Source: Perna viridis
Lineage: Eukaryota
DNA: 64,000 nt
Assembly: GCA_037379345.1 (NCBI GenBank)
Contig: CM074518.1
Coordinates: forward strand, 2,790,001 to 2,854,000
Direction of reading: 5' to 3'
Shown here: in pieces, positions 51,201 to 63,200 of the stretch
Numbering within the stretch: position 1 is the stretch's first letter
Layout: each line of letters begins with the position of its first letter
Translations under genes and position numbers: made by a program
The notes under the pieces: generated by a model
What the model was told of the DNA's origin: nothing
Database searches by the model: none
What the model saw: only the letters and a program-made list of their open reading frames with translations

Positions 51201-54200
51201 GTTGATTAGGCAAATATAAGTCTTATGCAGATAATGCTAGGCAAATATAAGTCTTACACAGATAATGCCATTCCATCTTTTAACTGGGCAAATTTAAGTC
51301 TTACACAGGCAATTTCATTCCATCTGTTAATAGGGCAAATGTAAGTTGTCTTATTTCTCTTTTTTTTAGTTCACTAAGTTGTGGGGCATGTAAGTTTTCT
51401 GGATGTACTTACACATTGTCTTTTTTTCATCAAATGATTCAGGTTTATGTTCACACTGAGTTCACACAGGTTCATTTTTATCTTATGCATTCAGCAAAAT
51501 CAGGAAATGTTTTAAACTGTAGAACTTTATTTTTAAGTTAGTAAATATTTATCTCAGTGAGACTAATGCCAGTGACACTAATAAAGTTCCTAAAGTGATT
51601 TATCTTTAAAAAAAAAACCGGTTGGGAGTCTAGAAATGTTTACACTGTTCTGTTTTAAGGGTACAAAAGATATATTTGAAGGAGACAGGATTACATTTGA
51701 GAACACTCCAAATGAACTGAAGTTGCTCAACAAGAAGGCAAACAAGGATGATGCAGGCAGATATACATTGACTATGAAGAATGAGAAAGGACAAGATACT
51801 ATCTCTCTGAATGTCGTCGTTGTTGGTCAGTTGTAGTTTATAAAGTAAAATAATTAAGATACATGTACTAGATCTTCTAGTGCTTTCAAAAGATGGACTT
51901 TGAATGACTTTCTAATTTCCTGATTGTATGATGTATCCTTATAACAGTCATACTAAAACCAAAGCTAAATGTTTTGACTACATTAAAGATGCGATGTCTG
52001 TGTGTATGGTTACTTATATCTTTTTGCCTAATTATAAAAACAACTATAAATGAGATTTTGATATGGTATGCTGTAAAGGACTAAAGATGTTGTTTTTAAA
52101 TTACAGATAAGCCTAATAAACCAGAAGGACCATTGGAGGTCAAGGACATTACACCAGATTCCTGTGTTCTCACATGGAACAAACCTAAGGTTGGTACTTT
52201 AACTGTGTTAGGGTGTGACCTGACAGTTTTTCAACCATCTGTATTAGAGTGTGACCTGACAGTTTGTCTACCAGAGAGAAGGAAGGTTACCTTAGGACCC
52301 CAAAATTACCTAACTTGGAAAAGGAGAGTCACGTACACCAACAATAGCTGTAGGTGGTGTATTTATTGTATTTCTTGCAACAGATTTGTTCATTACATTC
52401 ACACAATACAATACTATTATAACAAAATAAGACAGCACATTGAGCTGACTATACTATAAATAGACAATTTTTCATTTGACAGGATGATGGAGGAAGTCCA
52501 GTCTCTAACTATGTTGTAGAGAAATGTGATACCAGAACAGGAAAGTGGGAACCAGTCAGTAAATTTGTCCGAGGAACGAAGTACGAGGTGATGGGATTAG
52601 ACGAAGGTCATGAATACAAGTTTAGAGTGTCGGCTGAGAATGAGAATGGAGTCAGTGAACCATTAGAAGTTTTGTCCCCTGTTGTTGCTCAACATCCTTA
52701 CAGTAAGAACTTATCTATATATTGACTTAATCACTGATATCATTCCGTTTTATCTTAAAGGTTTCAGTTCCTTTCCTAAGATTGAATTTTGTCTGTTTAA
52801 AAAAAAGAGTGAAATCACTACACATGTCTCTGTTTATAGGCCTGTTATAAATATATATATGTATATAATTATTTTCAACTATGATTAGTCTTACAACAAA
52901 ACTAGTATCTCAATACTTCAATGTAGAAAGTTATTTAAATGTTTTGTGATCTTGTCAACAGCCGCCCCTGGTGCACCTGGAAATGTCCATGTCCTTGATG
53001 TTGACGAAGACAATGTTACATTGGCATGGCAACCACCAAGAAGTGATGGAGGCAAGAAGATCCAGGGATATTGTGTTGAGTACAAAGATCCCACTTCTGG
53101 AAGATGGAAAATGTACAATGATATACCTAACCCTGACACAAAAATGACAGGTATTTTATACCCTTGTATATAAAAATCAGTCTTTTAACTTAAAACGAAA
53201 ATCATATGACAAAAAGTTGGCATTTACCTAGTTTTCATCCCCTCTAGGTCAGTAGAGAATTGTTCTACCAGTCTCTCTCATTTTGCCTGGCCCTCTGTTC
53301 ATGTGTATAAGTTTATTTTGCATAACTTGAGTCATTTTGAATGGACTTTAATGAATAAAGTTCACAAATGGAAGCATCAATAAATTTGAAATCATTAGGT
53401 CTAAGAAAAGTCTTTCAGAATTTTATAGTTAATTTTACGGCAATGTCTCATCACCCAATAACTATTTAAAATGGAAGGTTTATATTGTATGTGTTTTGTT
53501 TGTTGGGGTTTAACGTCCGAGCAGCAATATTTCAGCTATATTCAGACAATGAACATGAAATGGATGACAAAATGAACATGAAATGATAAAAAAAAAAGTA
53601 TGGGTCACAAGGACAACAGGGTCGACAAATTTTGATTGCCACTAGAAAAAGGGGGGATGGGTAAGGTCGGGCAATTTAGCCTCCTGTGGCGGAGCGCAAA
53701 GGTTCCTACTCCTATCGAATACCACAGCAGGGTTCTTTAACGTGCGAGGAACGTGGCATCTTTCCCAACACGGTGCACCACTATGGTTTGCGGTCAGGTT
53801 TTACGTATTATAGCCTGACAACCCCAGCATGTAATATGCCAGGGGTACCCCATTCCACCACCTGGGGCACACATCCCAGTTGCTCTGTGGGCAGAGCGCC
53901 TAGCCCCCGGCTAGGTTTCTGAGCACTATTTAGTCGCCTTATACGACAAGCTTAGCGCTGCTGCAGGCCTATTCTTTTGACACCCGGACCTGCACGGGGT
54001 TATTGTATGTGACTGATACATAATATTATTGTCTATGATTACAGTTGATGGACTGAAGAAGGATAAAGAATACGAGTTCCGAGTTCGAGCCAAGAATGTC
54101 GCTGGATTAGGTGAACCAAGCAGTTGTACCTCTCCAGTGACAACCAAACCTAAATTCAGTATGTAGATCTTAATTGATGTTTATGTACCGTGTTTATTGC

Positions 54201-57200
54201 CAGTGGTGAAGTCAAAATCCAAAATGTTGTTTTCGAGTGAGACCATTTTGAACATTTTGCAGTCCCCAATTTTTCACCATTATTTGTTTAGGTATCGATG
54301 AATGTACTATTAATGCCTTATTTATGAAATAAGTTTTAATGTTTACAACTTTTTTTTGTAGTTTATAGATAAGTATTATGAGTGCATTTTCTACTGGTAG
54401 TCCAAACTTGATATGAATTATTATTTTGAGAGATATTTCCATGTAAACATCTATTTACAGCTGCCCCAGGATCTCCTGGAGTACCAACAGTAGCTAACAT
54501 TGGTAAAACATTTGTCGAGCTGAAATGGGACAAACCCAGGAATGATGGTGGAGACAAAATCAAAGGTAGATAACTCAGTCAGTTTATATCCATATTTGTA
54601 CACGGAAGTCTGTAACTCCTTCGTATTTGTGAGTCAGATTATGATAAAAAGAATAGATTCACTACCACTATTTATGGTGTTTTATTTAGTGAAAACTGAC
54701 TTTCTTTAATATCATATTGGCAAATTTTGAAGTTGAAAATATATCCAATTTTTAGCCTACAAATATTACATGTTTTTTTCGTTATTGTTGAGTCATAATG
54801 ACATCACCGAATACTGGTTTTATATACTAGTCAAAGAATATGTTTGAAAATGAGAGATCCAAAAATAAAGTGTGTAAGCTTCAAACAACAAAATATTTTA
54901 CCAGTTGTAATGATACAGAAGACTGTTTTTGTATGAATATTTAAGAGTTAAACACTTGCATTCTATGTTTTCTATGTAAAAAAGTCTAGTGAAATATAAT
55001 GATTTTTTTTCTCCATAATTTGTCTGATTTTTTTTGTCTTCAGTTTTAGTGAAGCACATACATGAGTAGAAATAAAACTTTATAATAAAACTTAATTTTC
55101 AAAAATGACATATTAACAGGTAATTTTCACAGACGACATATTAACAGGTAATTTTCAAAAACAACATATTAACAGGTAATTTTCAAAAACAACATATTAA
55201 CAGGTAATTTTCACAAACGACATATTAACAGATTTCAAATCTATTCAGAACACTTGGATTTTTGGGGCAAATTTTGATATTTTTTTTAACATGCCCCCTT
55301 TTTTAAACAGATATGTTGTAACATGTGACAGGACTTTCATGTGTTTTGTTATATTTTAGTGGTAGAGATTTGTTACTTGGATTGAGTTTATTTGTAACTT
55401 TATGTACATCACACCTGTAAACAACTCGTGTTGGAGATTCTCATCATTGTCATTGTCTAATGTGGGAAACTTTTACATAAAAGCAAATTTTTTTTTCGTT
55501 AAATTATTTTGTGTTTTTCACAGAAAATGTAATAATTTTAACCAAAAACCTCCGACAAATCTGACATTTTTATGTGGGAGATTCTAAATTTTTTCATAGA
55601 CGTTGTTATAGTCTCTCCTCTTATCATGGGAACGTTAATAGGTATGTTACATAGTTTTGAAAATATGCACAATATTTTCTAGGATATGTTGTTGAGAAGA
55701 AACCCAAGGGTAGTGATACCTGGGTTAAGGCCACAGACTTTCCTGTCACTGACTGTGGTTACACAGTATCTGGTCTACCAGAGGGGTCAGAGTTTGAGTT
55801 CAGAGTTCGTGCTGTGAACCGTGGTGGTGAAGGTGAACCCAGTGCTAGCACTGGACCAATCAGAGTGAAGGAAAAAGTGGGTATGTATCTGTTCATGGTG
55901 TAATCTGTGGCTTTCATATAACTAGTAGTTAGTAATGAAAAAAATTTTTATGTCAAATATTTTACCTTTACATAAAGTCATGTTTGAAAAGATTTTATTC
56001 ATTTGGTTATATCATAAAGATCAGCATACTTTTCAACATTGTAACTAAGTCTGAAATGAAAGCATCTTGCTTATCATAAGGTAATTCTAAATATTTGCTT
56101 CTTTAAAGTTGGCATTGCCCCAGAATTCATCAAGAAACTCCACCCAACAGAGATGGGTCCACTTGGTGGAGAACAAATATTCACTGTCCAAGTACATGGC
56201 AAACCAATGCCCGATGTTACATGGTAAGTCACATGGCAAATGAATGCATGATGTTATATGGTAAGTCACATGGCAAATCAATGGCCGATGTTACATAGTC
56301 ACATGGCAAACCAATACCCAATGTTACATGGTAAGTCTCGTGGCAAACAAATGCCTGATGTTACATGGTAAGTCACATGGCAAATCAATGCCCTATATTA
56401 CATGGTAAGTCACATGGCAAACCAATGCCCAATGTTACATGGTAAGTCAAATCATGTGAGACCAATGCCTGATGTTACATGGTAAACCAGATCACGAGAG
56501 ACCAATGCCCAATGTTACATGGTAAGACAGATAAGGAGAGGAAGAAAATGACGAACATCATCTTCATTTTTGATAATTCCCTTTACTTTTTACATATATT
56601 TATACCTATTGTTAGATACCATGTGGTTACTCTGCAACTTCTTACAGCTGCTTGATATATGTTTTTTGACAAAAGCTTTTTATGGATTTACCAAATTTTG
56701 GAATTGATTATTACCTATAGGATTTAACCTTCTGACCTTTGTTCCACAGGTATAAGAATGGTGTACCATTAGGTAGTACCAGTAGAACTAGACTACAACA
56801 GAATGATGATATATTCACCTTGACTATCAATGAAATCTATGCCAACGATGCTGGAGATATCAAATGTGATATATCTAACCCACTGGGCAGAGATTTCTGT
56901 TCTTGTAAATTCAGTGTACAATGTAAGTATTATTGTTTAAGAAAAACCAATGTAAACTATTCATTGTACTCATTAAAAACTAAGAACTCTTACTTATTCT
57001 AACTAAAATTCTTTTCCATTATAGATCCACCTAGATTCTCTTCTCTCTTTAAAAAACTCTCGTTTATACATTTCACTTCATCATATTCTCTCTTTCATTC
57101 ATTACAGCTATACCAAAACTCTCTTTAGTCAATTACAACTCCACTAAAAGTTGTTTTAATCACTTTTAGCTCACAAATATTCTCCTATATCCATTACAGC

Positions 57201-60200
57201 TCTACTGAAATTTTCTTTAATTCATTACAGCTCCACCCAAAATCTATCAATTCCATTTAAGCTCTACCTAATTTCCCTTCAATCCACTACAACTCCACCT
57301 AAAATCTCTTTATTCTATTTAAGCGCCACCTTAAATGTCTTTATACCATTTTAGCACTACTTAAAATCTCTTTAGTCTATTACAGCTCATCATAAAATCT
57401 CTTTAATCCATTACAGCTCATCATAAAATCTCTTTAATCCATTACAGCTCATCATAAAATCTCTTTATTCCATTTAAGCTCCACGTAAAATCTCTTTAAT
57501 CCCTTACAGCTACACCTAGAATCTAATTCTCTATTCAATTCAAGTACCGCTTAGATTCTCTTCAATCCATTACAGCTTCACCTATTATCTCTTAATTCCA
57601 TTTTAGCTCCTCCTAAGTTCTCCAAGGATATACCACAACAACAAGTAGAACTTGGTAATCAGTTCAAGATTAAGATTCCCTTTACTGGTACTGGACCATT
57701 TGATGTCAAGGTCAGGAAAGATGGACGTGACCTTGTAGAAAATGGACGTATCAAGATTATGCCATTTGATGACTATGTCACCCTTACTATTAATGGTGAG
57801 TACAGTGAGACAATAATGGTGAGTTATATGTACAGTGAGACAATAATGGTGTTATAAGTACAGTGAGACAAAAATGGTGAGTTATAAGTACAGTGAGACA
57901 ATAATGGTGAGCTATATGTTCAGTGAGACAATAATTGTGAGCTATATGTACAGTGAGACAATAACCCTCAATTAAAAAAAAAATGTTAAGTTTAAATACT
58001 TTCACTTAGGCATTAACTTTTTGCAGAAACAGACAATATTTTTTATATTTATGTACATAACATGACTTAAATGCAACCTATGATAACTCTTAGATAATTT
58101 ACACCAATATTTATCATAACCAAGGTTCACTGTTTGATTTGATGTATGATTACAGATACAAACCCAGATGATGCTGGCATGTATAAGATAGAAGTTGGTA
58201 ATGCTGGAGGTAGTGCTGAACTTGGCTTCCCTCTCAGAGTTGTTGGTAAGTTCACAACTTAAACTCTTCTCATCTTGTGGTGTACTGAACCCAGATTTAT
58301 GTACCATATAAACAGGAAGTAGAATTAGTAAACGTCTGTTTACATTTAATCAAAGAATTATTTAAGATATGGAATGAGTGAAGTGAGATAAAATACTGTA
58401 AATTATTTAAAATCAATGAGAATAATCATACCAGAAACATGTGTGATGATTTATTTTTATTGAATAAGACAAATTTCACCCAAATTTATGTGTGAGTTTA
58501 AGGCTCAAGAAGATGCACATTGTCAGGAAGTTCTTTACTTTGATATTTATTTTTAATTTATACTGTTATCTTAGAGATATATATTTCTCATATATGACTT
58601 TTTGTTGATAATTACATTTAAGAATTAAGGGACCACATTTGAGTTAAACATATCATTGAATATTTAGGTCCACCCGCCTCACCTACTGGACCTCTAGGAG
58701 TATCAGACATTACCAAGAATACATGCAGGTTGTCATGGAAACCACCAAGATCTGATGGTGGTGGCAAAATCACTGGCTATGTTGTTGAAAGACAGGAAGT
58801 AGGAAAACCATACTGGGTTACAGTCTCCTCAAGATGCAAGGTTGGAACCAGTTTATCTCTTCTCTCTTTTACTGTTGTAATTGCTTTTGACAGTTTTATT
58901 TCTTTGAAATTTTCATCATCATACACTACTTAACCTCCAATTTGTGACACTTCGAATATATATGAACTGAATAGAAACCTAACAAAACATTAGAAAGCCT
59001 TATATATCAGTACATGTTCTATCTGTTTTCTGTGTATTAATTTAATATACTTTTTATGTAAATAACTAATCTATACCATGTATAATAGGACTGTAACCAA
59101 GATGTACAAGGACTCTATGAGAACCAACAATATCTTTTCCGTGTGTCAGCTATCAATGAATTTGGCCAATCAGAACCACTTCAGGCAGAGTCATCAATTG
59201 TAGCCAAGATGCCATTTGGTAAGATTTTAACTATTATCAAAACATGATTACAATGCTTTGTTCAAATCAAGCATAGAAAGCTTTAAAGAAGAAAATAATG
59301 GATTTTGAAAGCCTGCTTAGAAATTATTTTGAGGTATAATGTAAAACTAATCATTTTAACACTTGATACCTTGTTTTACATTTTAACAAGTGATAACAAA
59401 AATAACTTTAATTGGTAGGAAAGTGTTGCAAGGAAATTAATGATAATATTTTTTCTCCCTTGCAGATAAACCAGATGCTCCAGGAGTACCAGAAATTGAA
59501 GAGGTTGGAAATGACTTCGTCAGTCTGACCTGGGGGAAACCACAATCTGATGGTGGTGGTCGTATCAAAGGGTACTGGATTGACAAACGTTTACATGGCC
59601 AAGATAACTGGACAAGAGTTAATATGCAGCCGTGTATTACAAACATTCTTAATATTCCTAATCTTATTGAAGACAAACGTTATGAATTCAGAGTATTTGC
59701 TGAGAATGAAGCGGGTATGAGCAAACCATCCATGAACTCACAGGCAGTCAAGATTAAAGATCCTAAAGGTAAAATCCTTTGTATGTTTAAACAAGATAAT
59801 TAATGGTACGGAGATTCCCTTATTTAATTTATGATTGAAGCTACATTGTACCTGGTATAATTTGATTTTATCATACAATACTATATGTATCTCTTACAGC
59901 TGCCACTATTCCTGAATTTGTATCTGGACTAAAAAAATGTCATGCACAGCAAGGAAAATCTGCTAAATTTGAATGTGAAGTCAGTGGCTCTCCCACTCCA
60001 GATATTCAATGGTTCAAGGGAACCAGAGAACTTTATGATGGAGGCAAATATGAGATTTACAATGAAGGAGACAAGCAGATCCTTGTTGTCCATGATGTAT
60101 TTGGAGAAGATCAGGATGAGTACTCCTGTAAAGCATCCAACCCTGGTGGAAACCGAGTCTCCAGAGCTAATCTGGAAATTAGCTGTAAGATATTTAAAAT

Positions 60201-63200
60201 ATTAAATTTAAGAAAATCAATTAAAAATCCATTATTAAGAAATGTCCTCTCCTGCCTATGTTGACAAAAGATTGGCTAGCACCCATCTGCATCAAATTAT
60301 TAATTTAGTAGATCATAATTACATGTATTATGTTAATTTTCCCTATATTTTACCATAAATATTATTCATGTCATAAGTCAGAAAAAGTTTGTATTATTAG
60401 TGGCTTTATGCACACTTTTTTCTGGTTATAAATGAGTAAAACATATTTTATTGTGTAATTTGTTAATGTCAGTAATTTCTTGGCTAGATTCTGATTATTG
60501 TCCTGTTTTAATAGCACCACCCAAGATCAATGTACCAAAGAGATTCCAAGATGTTGCTATTTTCGAGAAAGGAGAAAATGTTGTATTGAAAATTCCATTT
60601 ACTGGTAGCCCCAAACCTACCATCACATGGTTGCATGATGGAGAAGAGGTCAAAGGTCGGGGTTACAATAGCGAAGTCACTGAGAGGCATGCCATCTTGA
60701 CTATTAAAGATGCTGGAAAGGACCAAGATGGACCATATAGAATTACAGCTGAAAATTCACTTGGGTCAGATTCAGCAGTAATAAAGATACAAATCAATGG
60801 TAAGTTCTTGTTTCATCTCTGCTTCCTCAGAAAAATGTGTTGATTTAAAATAATCTATACCTGTATCAGATTTAAAGAGAAATGCCAATAAGGTATTCAT
60901 CAGCAAAAATGGCATTTGTCAAGGAAATGTTAATGTATTACACCCAACATAATATAAAAAGATTCGTTTTACATCCTTTATTACTGGTAAACTTGAATTT
61001 TATTTCCCATTTCAGACCGTCCAGATCCACCACGTTTCCCAACTTGTGAAAACATTCGTGATGATTCTGTTCTATTGACATGGAAACCACCATTGAATGA
61101 TGGTGGTAGCTTTATCACACAGTATGTCATTGAGAAATGTGAGCCTCCCAACAAAAACTGGATCAGAGTGGCAACCAGCAGGTAAAGTATCATTATTAAT
61201 AGAAAAGGATTTTTTTTGCATAAACAAGCTCTTGAATAGTCTTATTTAAGTACTTGTTGTTCTGTAAGAATTGGTAACAGGAGATTGTTAAGTAAATTGA
61301 GCTCTAAATGTATTTTGCAGAATGATTTACAAAACCTTCTTCCTTAAATTTCCATGATAAAATAACTAAGTTGATAATTTTAATCTACTTGAACTGTCAC
61401 TAACCAATCAATTTTATCTACAGAATGTGTTTCTTCAACATCACCAGTCTAACACCAGAACATGAGTATCAGTTCCGTGTGATTGCCGAGAATTTCTATG
61501 GATCCAGCGACCCATGTGAACCCACTCCTGTCATCAAAACAGACATACCTGATGCTATCAAGAAGAAAAGAGCTATGGAAGGTTTGGAAACAGGGATTTA
61601 ACTTTTTTAAAAGCACACCGTCTGCCGATCACTTACTGTGAACAGTGATTTTTTGGCATCTTTCTGTTTTTTTAGCAGCTTCTGTAATACTTTTGTTCAG
61701 TTATGGGTCTGGATTGTTCCTTCAATCTGTTTGATATTTTCTTTGAAGAAGATATTATCGACAGTTGAATTTTTGTTTTATGGTACAAACATTTCACAGT
61801 TTACAGTATTTATCTAATATCAACTATAAGGAATCAAACTGAAACTATAAAAAAAACTTACAATAATCACATGATATCTTAATCACAATAATCACATGAT
61901 ATCTTATAATAATCACGTGATATCTTAAATACATTTAATTGAATTGCAGATGAATTTGGTAGAAAAGTAAGAGGTACTGGACCAAAGGTAGACAACTATG
62001 ACAAATACTGTAAGTTCTACTCTGTAACTTTAGGATAGGAAGAAATGGCTTTATTACTTTGTAAAGTTTACTCTACCTTAGGGAGGTCCATTTTATAACA
62101 CAACTATTAGTCTGCTCAGGAGAAAATATTGTCATTACATTTAAATAACTTATTAACCAGGAAAAACCCTTCTTCTGAATACTTCATTAACCAGGGAGAG
62201 TCTTCCTTTTCAATGTTTTTTTGACCAGAAAGAACCATCCTTCCCGATGCTTCATTGACCAAGAAAAACCCTCCTTCTCAATATTTCATTGATTAGGAAG
62301 AACCGTCCTTCTGGATACTTTTTACTGGGGAAATCCCTCCTTCTACATACTTCACCCTCCTTCTCCATATTTCATTGACCAGGGAGAACCTTCCTTCTAA
62401 AAAGTAAATGAAATAGAAACAACAAAAAATACTCTCATGCCACTCAATGTTTGTTGACATGTGATTGAACTGATCTTTTTATCAGCTGTTTTGTAGTTAC
62501 TTCCCAGAAATTGTAAACAAAACAATAGTATTTGTTTGTCTGAATGTAGTGTAGTTGTTTTTTATTTCTGAAACTATCTGTATTATGATTTACAGACCAT
62601 GACTTATGGAAAAAGTATGTACCCCAGCCTGTATCTGTCAAAACAGGAAATGTCTCCGATTACTATGACATACTGGAAGAACTTGGGAGGTAAGAAATAT
62701 GCTGGTACAGGAAATTGTCTCAGATTTTGGTATTCTTAAAGAACTAAGAAGGTAAGATCTTTACTGAGACAGGAAATTGTCTCAGATTACCGGTACTATG
62801 ACATTCTTAAAAAACTTAGAAGGTAAGATCTTTACTGAGACAGGAAATTGTCTCAGATTACCAGTACTATGACATTCTGGAAGAACTTTGAAGGTAAGAA
62901 ATATACAAGGTTACTAGTAAATACTTCAAAACATTGCCAAAAGGTCTTCATCAAGTGTAAACACACCTTTAAGTAAGCTTTGAAAGGTTAACTTAATTTC
63001 TGAAAGAATCCAGTCCAAATCATAGCCAAAATTTGATTTTGTTTGTAATTCAATTGCACATTGTGGACCAAATCAACATAAATGATGTCACAGTATCAAA
63101 CCAGATTACACAAAATATCCTGATTTGGTCTTAGAGAACTAACCAACCAAAACTCATTTTACAAATCAAATTAATTTATTTACTGATAAACTGTTAATCA

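Noticed and set aside
41582-61193. Many 60-105-aa minus-strand or off-frame ORFs over exons
   Set aside because: Antisense or alternate-frame shadows of the Ig/Fn3 exons
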